The position numbers were made by a program, and so were the translations under genes. The notes under the pieces were generated by a model. The model saw only the letters and a program-made list of their open reading frames with translations. It ran no database searches and was not told the origin of the DNA. DNA of 64,000 nt from Octopus sinensis (lineage: Eukaryota), in assembly GCF_006345805.1 (NCBI RefSeq), contig NW_021832592.1:47061-111060 (forward strand). Reading direction: 5' to 3'. Of the stretch, positions 51,661 through 64,000 are shown one piece after another; the stretch's first letter is position 1, and each line of letters starts with the position of its first letter.

Positions 51661-53739
51661 CCTACGCCTATAATTCTGAAGAATTATGCATGCAATGTAC
51701 TCAGTTCTTTCTATACTGTTCAGTAGGTGTTGTCTGAGTGATACAATCCCACATTCAAAGGGTATTTGGACTGACCTTATGCCTCTACCGCCATCACTTC
51801 GTCTCACATAAATCCTATCGGTGTCTCTGTTAATGTGGAAGTTGCCGGTGGTGTCAGTACCTTTCTAGTTTTGATGTCCAGAGCGCGTATCTCATTGAAT
51901 GTTTAGTTCCAATTGTTGGTATTAGCATAATACTGCAAAAGCATTGTGGGATATGATTTGTTAAAGGCAGACAGTTCTGCCTTCCATAATTTCCGGTGTC
52001 GATAGAAATACTCTTTCGTTATTCTAGCTTTAGTCACAGCACCATCGTATGCAGCATTGTCATCGATTCTGACATACTTGTGGCTTTCATCATTACAGTG
52101 AGGGGAGATAGACAAGCCATTGATGTACATGTTTCCTGCCTTATCGACAATCTTTCCTTGTTGACTACATTATATGAACATTTATCTTGCCTAAACTCCA
52201 TTCCTATTACTCGTGAGAGTGTTGTGACAAGTTCTAATTGTCTTTTGATATTGATCATATCACCAGAATATAATTTTAGATTATCAACAAAAAAAAATGT
52301 GTGGATGACATTGATTTTATTCTTTTCTGCATATCCCAACATCTAGCCTTAGCATTTTGTTAACAGGGCTGACAAGAGGTTCACTACTAGTACAAACACA
52401 ATTACAGATAAACTATCACCTTGGAATATATTTGTCCATAGCTTAATTATGTTCGTAACAAAAGGTATTGCTTTAGTTGTTGCTGTTATAACTGTACGGA
52501 CCATGCTGTAGTCAGTCTTTCAATGGCATTCACTATAGCAACTAGTACTTTGACAAGGTGTAATGATTCTATCATCCATAAGTGAGGCACAGTGTTGAAC
52601 GCCTTCTTATAGTCTAGCCATATTGTTAAGTGATTACGGCGATGTTATTTGGCTTTCTTAAAGACAGCTTTGTTGAGCAGAAACTGTTCAGTACAACACC
52701 AGACACCTTTCTTTCCCACTGCCTGTTCATCAGTTATTACACCGTTTTTTTTGGCAGTAGTCTTGGAGAAACATATTCAAACAACCTGTGTAAAATGCGA
52801 TCAAGGGAAACAATATTCTTAAGATTATAATCCTGGAAAAATACAGAACAAGTTATTACATTTTGAAAAGTTCGGGACAACTTATTACATCTCGTTAAGT
52901 ACAGAACAAGAAAAATTTTACTTAAATTATATTATTTCTCTTGCTCGTATTTTTCCATGTAATCCATGTTTCTTCCAGGCTATGCTATTATGCTAATTAA
53001 TGTGTCAAATGTGTCAATTAGCGTTGTCGTTGATAATTTTTTCCTTACCCAAATGACGTCGGTGACATGTATTAAACGTTCCCTTATAGAACTATGTTCA
53101 TAAAAAAGTATATTATCACCCTCAAATTTCTGAAACAAACTCTCATAACTTATTTCTTTGAAAGCTTCATTGCATAAGATTGATAACATGAAGTTCCTCG
53201 AATTTAGCTCTATCATTTAAGCTTAATTAAAATATAGTTTGTTTTTAAAATAACAAAGTTAATTATACTTAAATCCAAATTTTTGTCTTCCTTATATTTT
53301 TTTCATGAAATTTTACTTCACAACTTTTTTGATATAAACTTTTATTGCATGGGAACAAAACTATGAAATTCTTCATGCTTTCTTCTATCATTGAAGTTAA
53401 GATAAATATATTTTGCTTTTAAAATATAAAAAAAGTTATTTAGATCTAAACTTGAGTGGTGACGTTACTTACTCTCCTATAACGATGCTCCAAATTTTGA
53501 TGTAAACCTTTTTCTACTGGTTCATATCTCAATTTTTTTATGCCAAAATATAGCTAGGGACCAGCCCTGTTCAAAACTGCTAATAGTTTTCAATTTGGTT
53601 AAGAACTGAATTAGTGACAAGCTCTGAAAGATATTGCGTGTGAGTAAATTGTGGCCTTAAGAATCTTTATTATTCAGCTATTACCATAAGTGAATGGTAT
53701 ATTTAAATGACAGACTTCTGGAAAGTTTTACAGATTTTG

Positions 53740-54482
53740 TTTAGTTCTAGAACATTTTTACCTGATTCGGAAGTTTTTTTTTTTTTGGCATGCTGAAGCC
53801 AAAACTGGAATTCCTTTATACTATCACCTGTGATATTTTATCTAAAACTTCGCGTACTTGGTTACCAGGAAGTATCAACCAAGCCAGAGGTATCCACAAA
53901 GAATCCGGATTACTTCAGCATTAGCTCATCAGACTCATAGCTGTTTGATTAAAATGAATTCAGTCACGTGGTAAGGGACTTACACTTATCAAAGGAATCC
54001 GCAGAAGTTCTTACATCTCGATTAAAATCGGAAGAAAAAACATACTTAAAGATGGAATTTAAGTCACCTTCTGTCACACTGGCAATACTGAATTTCTTCC
54101 GTTCTTCACAGAAAATGATGAGTTATCGTATTGCACAAATATTGAGAGGCTGCTTCGGAGGATGGGATTAGCGGAATATGATGCAAGTGATTGGCACCTA
54201 TTTATTGACAGTTCGAAAAGAAGTTTGAAATGTGTTCTGCTTCACAGTGGAAAAATATTGACCGAAGTTGTGAAAGAAGTGGTAGAGAAAATTAAGCACC
54301 ACAATTATCAATGACTGGTGCGTGGAATTCCAGGTAGTTAATTTTCTCCGGAGCAGACCAAAATCTTGGCCGATGAATAAAAAAAAACAAAAAACAAACA
54401 AACAAACGGTGTCTTTTTCGGATTCTGTGCGTCAAAAAACCCAAATTTTTCACCAGAGAAAAACAACTTTTTTAGGTCAGTT
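53740..54482 (+). mobile_element. Internally deleted Chapaev3-like transposon
   Basis: VRDLHLSKESAEVLTSRLK, EYDASDWHLFIDSSKRSLKCVLLH; same family as 6440-10565. Confidence 0.7.
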
Positions 54483-54667
54483 TAATCAACATGGAGATCT
54501 AAACATAACGACAGTAACATTCGTACATCTATTGGTACTCACAATTCCTACTTTATTATATATATACATATATATGTCTGTATGCGGGAGTCTGTATGCG
54601 GGAATCTGTATATCTATATGCATATTTATAGATCTAAATGTCTAAATATATATGTATTATGTTACGT

Positions 54668-55023
<356 letters not shown>

Positions 55024-55846
55024 TACGAACGTCTAATAGTAAATTGCTGTGAAGAGTCGTGTCTAGGTAGAATTTTACAACATGCCTTGCGTGTCAATTA
55101 ATCTTCAGGCTCTGAGCACATAGTTTGTCGTATTTCAAAATTAGGACGCTGATACATGAGAAGACGGTTGATGCAAAAAGTGGAAAGGTGAATATGTGGA
55201 AAAGGAAAAGTGAAGAAAGAAAATTAGAGTTGCGTCCCCTTTTACTGTTGAAGCCATAATAAAAGTAGTTGTAGAATAATTCAACGGAGAGAAGTTCAAA
55301 ATCTACGAGATCGTTGCTCAATCCGGAAAGAGTGGTGTCTCTAGTTCGCCAAAAGAAATTTGCTCACATATTTGCACATGGGGAAATTTAGATTTCAAAA
55401 GAATGTGCGATCTTAGAATGTGTAATTTTAAATTTAAAAAGAATGTGAGATCTTTCAGCTATACATAAGTTGCATTTCTTAGAACCATTTACATATGTCA
55501 TGGATTCGTCTACGATTCTCCACATGATTGTACATGAGGTGCAGTTGGTCTTCAAACCTCATACTATAAAAGAAGACACCTACCCAAGGTATCACGCAGT
55601 GGAACTGAAACGCGGAACCATGTGGTTTGGAAGCAAGTTTTTTTTTACCACACAGTAAAGTAAGAGGGTAAAAAGTTCATAGGTGAACAGGCGTGCTTAC
55701 GCGAATACTATGAACCTTTTACCCCCTTACTTTACTCCCTCTCCTTACTCAGCGGTCATTCGAATAGCTCTTTTGTCTTAATAACGGTCAACCACACAGT
55801 AATTTCCCTTTGTATAACGGTCATTTTTCATAGGATTTTTCCGATG

Positions 55847-55915
55847 GCCGGTAAATGAAGAGATGGCGGCGTAGATTTCCACCTCGGCATCCGAAACTCG
55901 GAGTTTTATCATGGC
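55847..55915 (+). ncRNA. Hammerhead-like motif flanked by two fold-backs
   Basis: GCCGGTAA-ATGAAGA-GATG...CATC-C-GAAACTCGGAGTT-TTATCATGGC; first core base A instead of C. Confidence 0.6.
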
Positions 55916-56769
55916 TACCGAATAATTTTCACATATTACATTTACATAAGAAGTCATGCGACAAAATTTTAACTTAGCACATTACAATTTTAGCGTGTAT
56001 ATACATACATATATATATTGTAATGTGGTAAGTTAAAATTTTGTCGCATGACTTCTTATTTTTATTTCTGTCTGATTGTAGTTAAATGGTAATGAGTTGG
56101 TGTATTCTTCAGAACGTCCGACAGAATGCCTTGCAATATTAGTTCCAGCTCTCTAAGTCCAAACCCTGCCAATGTGAATTTTGCCTTTCTTCTTTCCAGG
56201 TAATATCGTTAAAAGGGCTCTCAGAAACAAAGGGCAACCCGTTCTATCTCTACGGATTTTTCCATTGGCCTTTTTGCGCTGTGAGAAAGGTCGTGGCGAG
56301 ATCCATACAGTATTATTTTCTTCAGACTTTGTGAAGCGCCAAGTGAGGTGCTAGCAGCTTTCTCTGAAACATTTCAGGAATATTTCAAGGACGAGCTGAT
56401 GTACTATAGAGCACGGAACATAAATATATAAAGAAAGTGTTAGTAGAGTTTACAAATTATCGACACCTCTGTAAGCAATTTTGTGTGAATAAATTTTGTG
56501 TGGATAAATTTTGCATGATTGCCGCAAAGTTTCTCAATTCGAAAGAAACCCCGGACCTCTATTCATATGGACACATACATTCATATAGGCCTACCTACCT
56601 ACCTACCTACCTACCTACCAACCTGTCTGTCTGTCTGTCTGTCTATCTAGAATCTGTATGTATTTATGTGAATGTATATCTGTGTGTAATGCACACACGC
56701 GCACACACACACACATACACGCACGCACGCACACACACACACACACACATACACACACAAATCACACAC

Positions 56770-57260
56770 TGCGGCTATGCTGGAGCACCGCCTTTAGTCG
56801 AGCAAATCGACCCCAGGACTTATTCTTTGAAAGCCTATTACTTATTCTAGCGATGTGTTTTGTCGAACCGCTAAGTTACGGGGACGCAAACGCAACACCA
56901 TCGGTTGTCAAGCGATGTTGGGGCGGACAAACACAGACACACAAAAATATACACACACACACATACATACATACATTCATACATACATATATACATATAT
57001 ATGTGTGTGTGTGTGTGTGTACATATATATATATGCATGTGTGTGTATGTGTGTGTGTGTGTGGTGTGTGTGTGTGTATATATTTATACACACATACATA
57101 TATGCGACGGGCTTCCTTCAGTTTCCGTCTACCAAATCCACTCACAAGGCCTTGGTCGGCCGGAGGTTATAGTAGAAGACACTTGCCCAAGGTGCAACGC
57201 AGTGGGAATGAACCGGGAACCATGTGGTTGGTAAGCAAGCTACTTACGACACAGCCACTC
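56770..57260 (-). mobile_element. SINE family A
   Basis: Reverse copy; a further head at 57695-57802 (+). Confidence 0.88.
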
Positions 57261-58329
57261 ATGAACTTTTCAGATATCTACGACTGTCATCACCATCATC
57301 ATTACCATCCTCACTGATTTTAATTTTTTGTTCAGGGGAAACAATTCTTGATCTAGAGACCTACTATTATTCTCCCTTACACTCACTTATACGCACGCGC
57401 GCACAGACCCAAACACATACAGATGTGTACCCCTGCGGAAACACGTGCATACGTGCATGCACAGTTATCTGGTAACACTTATATATGTATATGTTCTAAC
57501 CTACAGGCATATATATACATACATACATGCATACATGCATACATGCATACATGTATACATGCACATATGCTCATATACATACCAACCTACTTACCTACGA
57601 GCATGCATGCATACATACATACATACATACATACATACATACATACATACATACATACATACATACACATACATACATACATACATACATACATAGGAGC
57701 AGGAGTGGTTGTGTGGTAAGTAGCTGGTTTACCAGCCACATGGTTCCGGGTTCAGTCCCACTGCGTGGCACCTTGGGCAAGTGTCTTCTACTATAGCCTC
57801 GGACACTACTTCTGATGTTGGTGATATTTTCGTTGTTAATTCCGCAAAGTCTGCATCAGTTATCGCATTTTGGTCTTCTTTCTGGGTCTGTCTCCTTTGT
57901 GCATCAGGCATTTGGTTGATATTTCCTATTCCTAGATTACAAACGCATACCTTTCAAAGTGAGAGTTAGTAATCCATGATAGATTGCTTAGAATTTACTA
58001 TCATCCCGCAGCTTTCTGCTTAGACATCAATGAATGGTCTTCTACTGATAAACGCTCATCCTTTCATCTGATGATATTTTACAGTAGTGTTGCGACGTAT
58101 TTGGGCATGCATGCATGTATGTATGCATGAATGCCTGCATGCGTACATGTATATGTATGTATGTATTTTGCATGTATGCATGCATGCATGTATGTATGTA
58201 TGCACGTATGTATGTTCACTTTCTCTTTTTAAATTTAGAGTTAATTTTGCGCAAACACCTACTTGGTAGCAAGTTTGTTCAATAATGTATCTGATTTTGT
58301 GCATCGTGCTTTAAATCTTAAGAAATTTT

Positions 58330-58695
58330 GGCAGGGACCACGGGCCATACGTCCCCTGCCCAATTCAAGATCACAACATACATGTACACTGCAACATAAT
58401 TTCTTTTCCTCAACAGGCCCTGCCCTATTTAACATTGTCCCGAGGGAGATCAAAGAGGAAAAGGATCCCATCAACTTTAAACAGAGTCTGGATAGATTCC
58501 TTCAAAGAATACCAGATAAGCCACCCATAATTGGATACAACTCACCCAACAAGAACTCACTACTTGAACAAAACTTGACTTAAACAAAACTTGACTTAAA
58601 CAGGATTCGAATAATCCTATCAGGTGGTGCTATTAAGTTAGACATGGCCTGGACCAATCTTTGGTCGAAACATATCTAAGTTTATCTAAGTTTAA
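58330..58695 (+). mobile_element. CR1-like LINE 3' end
   Basis: GPALFNIVPREIK..FKQSLDRFLQRIPDKP..NSLL, short 3'UTR with (TATCTAAGTT)-type tail. Confidence 0.8.
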
Positions 58696-58764
58696 GTCTC
58701 AGATCTCGTGCTTATATGTAGTGTACGAATTAAGGAATTGCTTCATCGCCCCAAGAACCTAATT

Positions 58765-59365
58765 TCGTCTATCCTTTTCTCCAGACAGGTAGAGTGTATC
58801 CCGTTGATCCAATAACAATAGATATTAAGCTGAAAGTGAATGTTGGGTACTGTTTTTGAAAACTCTTGATCAATGGCCTATAGATGTCCTCATTCTCTTC
58901 TATTTTCCTGACAACATTGGTGTTCAGAGGGCAGCTGACTTCCACAACAGGGCATATATTTTCGTGCTGGTTTCTCACAACAGTATCTGACCGGTTGTGT
59001 TACAACTTGGCGGCTGTTTTAACTTTTAAGGTCAACCAATATTCTTTTGATCCGTCGGTTTCAATATATGTTTGTCAGTGCTGCTTTCTCTTTTTGCTAT
59101 CCTGTTCCAGACTGTTCTGAGCACTCTCTCGCAGCTGGCAATAACGTGGTTGACGTCTTCAGTGTTGGTTTTGCATATTTGTTTTCTGGCAATCTTACCT
59201 GCCTTTTCTGTTGTAGATATTGTTGTTCTTCAGTTGCGTGGAGTTAACCTTCGAAATGGAAAGTCGTAAACTTATCAGTACTCTATGCCAATCTTTTGAC
59301 AAGATCAATTCCTTTTATAGCTTCCGTACTTCGTGCCGAGTACTCATGTACCATCTTCTCAGTCA
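58765..59365 (-). mobile_element. RLE (R4/Dong-like) LINE C-terminal fragment
   Basis: VVEVSCPLNTNVVRKIEENEDIYRPLI..IVIGSTG. Confidence 0.75.
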
Positions 59366-59396
<31 letters not shown>

Positions 59397-59409
59397 TGTA
59401 TGTATGTAT

Positions 59410-60362
59410 GGTCACTTTTGAGTGTTACTGGTTGCATGTAACCCAGTACAACCTGTTGCATGGTCGGGTCGTCAGCGACTAAACCGGCAACCCCACCAAG
59501 CTTGCTTGGTGAGGAAGGTGTTTATTGGACACCCTGCGGGATGAAAAACAAAACCCATCAAAGGGCGGAAGAACTCTTGAGAGACAACGGCCATCCAATA
59601 AAAGTCTTAAGGCTGTATCATGCGCGGGGACATAGAAATAATCGGACTGAATACCCGATCGCCCGGTTAAGCCATTGGGAATGAAGGACTCCTAGCCTTT
59701 GTTAGAGCGAGAAGGTAACTCAGGTAACTGGGATAACTCCGACATAAAATCTGTGGCTCAGTGGTTACCGATGATGTTGACTTGTTCTTCTTTTCGGATT
59801 ATGGCTGCTGTTGCTTAGTTTGCTTGTTCCTTCTCGAGCCATGTCTGGTTCATAAGGTCCGGTTTCCCGGTTTCTTGGCATATAGGTTCCCCACCTGGAC
59901 GGGACGCCGGTCCGTTGCAGGTGAGCTGCAAGATGTAGGAGGAAAGAGTGAGAGAAAGTTGTAGCGAAAGAGTCAGCAGAAGTTTCGCCATTACCTTCTA
60001 CCGGAGCCGCGTGGAGCTTAGGTGTTACGCTCATAAACACACACATCGTCCAGTCTGAGATTCAAACCCGCGATCCCTCGATCGCGAGTCCGCTGCTCTA
60101 ACCACTAGGCCATGTGCCTCCACGCTGTTGCTTAGTGAGTGGGATTGACTTAGTGCACAGTCTTTCCTCACTTTAAAAAAAATCTTCTTGCACAGGCATT
60201 GCACGATAACAACATTGTTCATGATCGTTGGTAGTGCTGTGAGTCTCAACTGAATGGCTGGCTGTAGCCTTAAAAAGCAAATAAAAGTCACATTCGATCA
60301 CAGCACCAATAACAGTTAAGCTTCGTGCAATGGCCATACTCGATAACGAGGGGGAAGCCATC
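59410..60362 (+). mobile_element. Non-autonomous bipartite RTE-derived element with nested SINE
   Basis: Homologous to 16378-16909; (TATG)n both sides; SINE family C at 59820-60123 (minus) with 13-bp TSD GCTGTTGCTTAGT. Confidence 0.8.
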
Positions 60363-60389
60363 ATGTATGTATGTTTGTAAGTATGTAAG

Positions 60390-60700
60390 ATTTTTTTTTT
60401 GTTTAATTTAAATTGTTCGTGAGAGAGTTCAAGCCGGTTGCTGAAAAAGCAACAAGATGTTTTGAGTTAAGAGAGATCCTGGTATTTGTAAATATGAGGC
60501 TGAGTTGGTGCGTTGGTTGAACTGTCAATGCGTACACCCAAATATGTGCATCTATTCACATAATTATCTTACATAGAGAATTTCTGGAATGTCTTACAAA
60601 TCTTCACTGTGCCACTAATAAATTGGGTTTGGTGAATCTGCGTCAGTTTCTTTCGCTCTTTTTCCGTGAAACCAAGTGATTCTAGGATTTTTAAAAAATT
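60390..60700 (-). mobile_element. R4/Dong-like LINE 3' end between (TATG)n tracts
   Basis: NFLKILESLGFTEKERKKLTQ..ISGTVKICKTFQKF, homologous to 48565-48850. Confidence 0.85.
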
Positions 60701-60912
60701 TGTATGAATGTATGTATGCATGTATGTATGTATGTATGTATGTATGTATGTATGTATGTATGTATGTATGTATGTATGTATGTATGTATGTGTGTGTGTA
60801 TGTATGTATGTATGTATGCATGCATGTATGTATGTATGTGTGTGTGTATGTATGTATGCATGCATGTAAGTATGTATGTAAGTATGTATGTATGTATGTA
60901 TGCATGTATGTA

Positions 60913-60949
<37 letters not shown>

Positions 60950-61008
60950 ATGTATGTATGTATGTATGTATGTTTGTATGTATGTATGTATGTATGTATG
61001 TGTGTGTG

Positions 61009-61040
<32 letters not shown>

Positions 61041-61191
61041 TGTATGTATGTATGCACAGAGAAAGAGAGAAAAAGCTTTTTCTAGCCTAAAAACAAGTTC
61101 TGTCATTGGCATTTAAATATCAAGCTAGTTAGCTAGCCTTGTATGTATTTTTGTATGCAATCAAGTATGCACGCACCTTTCTTTCTCTCTC

Positions 61192-61226
<35 letters not shown>

Positions 61227-62220
61227 CAAACACACACACACTCTCTCTCTCTTTCACACACACACAAACACACACAAGAGCACAGCTATCCATGTACTTA
61301 CGTATGCATAACGGAACAATATATGCTGTGTTTTACATATTTTGACAGTAGCTTTGACAGCTTATAGAATTAATCTTCTGATTAGACGTGATCTTTCTAG
61401 TTTTGGGTACCCAACCTTCCTAATATTAGCATTAAGGCAGTTACAGAAGTATCTATGTATACATCTACATCCGATGCTATTGGCATTGCTGGAATCAGAT
61501 ATAGTAATAGAATCTTTATTTCCTCAATATTTTTAACTGTAAGACAAAATTATTCAACAGACTTCCTGTCAGTTAATATTTACAACCACACCAGGAAGAT
61601 TGCACTTGTTAGTGTTTAATCATATATTCGGAAAATTACATTCTTTTTCAAGATTATCGCCGTGTATGTTTCTAGAGAAAATAATACAAATGGGTGTTTA
61701 TTCTGTGATAAAGTGACCTACGAAATAATAGTTTCGGCTGACATAAGGTCAGCAATCGCAAAAGGGTGATTAGTCGCCATCATCGATAATAAATATATAT
61801 TAAAAACTGATTGAATAATTACTAGGCTTATAAAGAATAAGTCCTGGGGTCGTTTCCTTCGACTAAACACGGTGCTACAGCATGGCTGCAGTCAAATGAC
61901 TAAAAGAAGTAAAAGAATAACAGAAAAGGCATCTGAGCAGGTATCGTCATGTTATTGGCAAAATCTGATGCAAATTCTCTGCTCAAATTTGTCATTGTCA
62001 ACGCGACGATCACACACTACACACCTTCCTTCCAAGCATTGCTGTAAATAGCGGAAGTGAGCTAGAATGTTAAAACTTCGTGCGCATGTACAACTGTGTT
62101 CAAGGTCAATCTGTGCCAAGTGGCTTTATTATGCGCGCTTTAGCTTCGGTACTATAGCAACAGTTTGGATACTTATTGTTCAGACCATTTACGTATGTAC
62201 ATGCATACCTACATGCATTA

Positions 62221-62560
62221 TGGCTGCCCCCTCGTTATTTTGGCCATTGCACGAAGCTTAACTGTTACTGGTGCTGTGATCGAATGTGACTTTTTAGCCC
62301 AGCTAAAGATCTACAATGTCTTGTACAAAATTAGCAACTAAGACCTTTACTGGTAATAGCCGGCTGTAGTTGTAACTGGGCTTCATGTACCTTTGCATGT
62401 CGTTTAAGTCCTCCTGTCGAATTACACTCTCTTCCACATGCCCGACAGATATGATTAGTATGGTGTGTTACACCACCACCAGTGGCCAGGTTGTCACTCA
62501 TCTGTCTCGTTTTATGACTACGAAGATGACTCATGAGTCCAGCTTTACTGAGGCAGAGTC
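62221..62560 (-). mobile_element. RTE LINE 3' end with two C2H2-like fingers
   Basis: CARLCLSKAGLMSHLRSH..CRACGRECNSTGGLKRHAKVH; 3'UTR shared with 60284-60362. Confidence 0.8.
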
Positions 62561-62633
62561 TTGCACAGATGCATACGTGCATACATACATGCATACGTGC
62601 ATATATACATGCCTGCATATATATACATGCCTG

Positions 62634-63035
62634 CAGGAGTGGCTGTGTGGTAAGTAGCTTGCTAACCAACCACATGGCTCCGGGTTCAGTCCCACTGCGC
62701 GGCATCTTGGGCAAGTGTCTTCTGCTATAACCCCGGGCTGACCAATGCCTTGTGAGTGGATTTGGTAGACGGAAACTGAAAGAAGCCTGTCGTGTATATG
62801 TATATATATATGTATGTGTGTGTGTTTGTGTGTCTGTGTTTGTCCCCCTAGCATTGCTTGACAACCGATGCTGGTGTGTTTATGTCCCCGTTACTTAGTG
62901 GTTCGGCAAAAGAGACCGATAGAATAAGTACTGGGCTTACAAAGAATAAGTCCCGGGGTCGAGTTGCTCGATTAAAGGCAGTGCTCCAGCATGGCCGCAG
63001 TCAAATGACTGAAACAAGTAAAAGAGTAAAGAGTA
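62634..63035 (+). mobile_element. SINE family A (another copy inverted at 63195-63630)
   Basis: Full head-to-tail copy. Confidence 0.92.
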
Positions 63036-64000
63036 AAGAGTACATGAACACATACATATAACCGCACACGCGCGCAGATACACATGGAGGTATTGTTGTA
63101 TGGTACGAAGTTTGATTCCCATTCCCATGGTTCCCGGTTCAATCCCGTGTTACTTTGGGCAAGTGTCTCCTATTATAGCGTTGGACCTCTTCTATTCTTT
63201 TATTCTTTTACTTGTTTCAGTCACTTGACTGCGGCCATGCTGGAGCACCGTCTTGAAGTCGAGCAAATCGACCCCAGGACTTATTCTTTTGTAAGTCTAG
63301 TACTTATTCTATCGGTTCTCCTTTACCGAACCGCTAAGTTTCGGAGATGTAAACACACCAACATCGGTTGTCAAGCAATGGCGGACACACAGACAGACAC
63401 ACACAGACACAGACACACACACAGACACACACACACACACAGACACACAGACACACACACACACACAGACACACACACACACACACACACAACACACACA
63501 CACACAACACACACACACACATGACGAGATTGTTTCAGTTTCTGTCTACCAAATCCACTCACAAGGCTTTAGTCGGCCTGGGGACATAGCAGAAAACACT
63601 TGCCCAAGGCGCCACGCAGTAGGACTGAAACCAAAACAGAAATACTGGGTTCGATTCGTTCGAATAAAACTCTTCATAGCTGTAGTGTTACCACCGAAAC
63701 AATTAGAAGAGATACAAGAGACATATGTATGAATGAATACGCTCACATACCACTTACACACATATCCCCTCAGATACGCACAAACTCAGAGAGAGAGAGA
63801 GAGAGAGAGGAAGATACACAAACTCAGAGAGAGAGAGAGAGAGGAAGATACACAAACTGTGCTTGTGAAAATGAGTGGTTTATAAGTTTTTACGACTAAG
63901 CAGATAACAATATTAATAATTGATGATTAGTTTCAACAGCTGAGAAATCTTTAATTTTTCACTCGTTTGAGATTAAAAGGTTATTTCACTTTTACAACGC

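Larger units (their letters stand above)
48565..52830 (-). mobile_element. R4/Dong-like RLE LINE, degenerate, hosting a mariner and two SINEs
   Basis: FQGDSLS, FFVDNLKLY, RRSDGGRGI, PLRHD, KPDVVLWD..VEVSCP (PD-D/E nuclease), IIIGGLG; 3' tail abuts (TAGA)n(TACA)n. Confidence 0.85.

Noticed and set aside
60569-61116. Long ORFs of HTYI/MYVC/YIYI/poly-Y type (also 16858, 28969, 44583, 54582, 56658, 63309)
   Set aside because: Translations of stop-free microsatellites, not genes.
62634-62705. tRNA gene calls for A/B-box sequences
   Set aside because: SINE heads; no cloverleaf and they continue into SINE bodies.

Overview
AT-rich, microsatellite-saturated animal genomic DNA; the SINE/LINE repertoire suggests an octopod cephalopod (inference). 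One intact host gene was assembled by hand on the minus strand: 7 exons (33146->3100), 247 aa, a type I membrane protein of the MRH/ATG27/CD-M6PR-like class ending in a YESI sorting motif. The rest is mostly transposon debris: tRNA-derived SINEs, RTE, R4/Dong, Tx1 and CR1 LINEs, Penelope-like elements (PLEs), mariner/Tc1, Chapaev-like, hAT and Helitron relics, and a probable LTR. The most striking signal is a set of about a dozen hammerhead-ribozyme (HHR) motifs from several sequence families, mostly in short non-coding cassettes beside (TA)n, often with an inverted partial duplication. The best example is a near-identical ~499-nt tandem unit with one intact type I HHR per unit (19423-20755), a retrozyme/circRNA candidate, lying near a PLE relic with the same architecture. 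All coordinates and folds were read by eye; no searches or folding programs were run.
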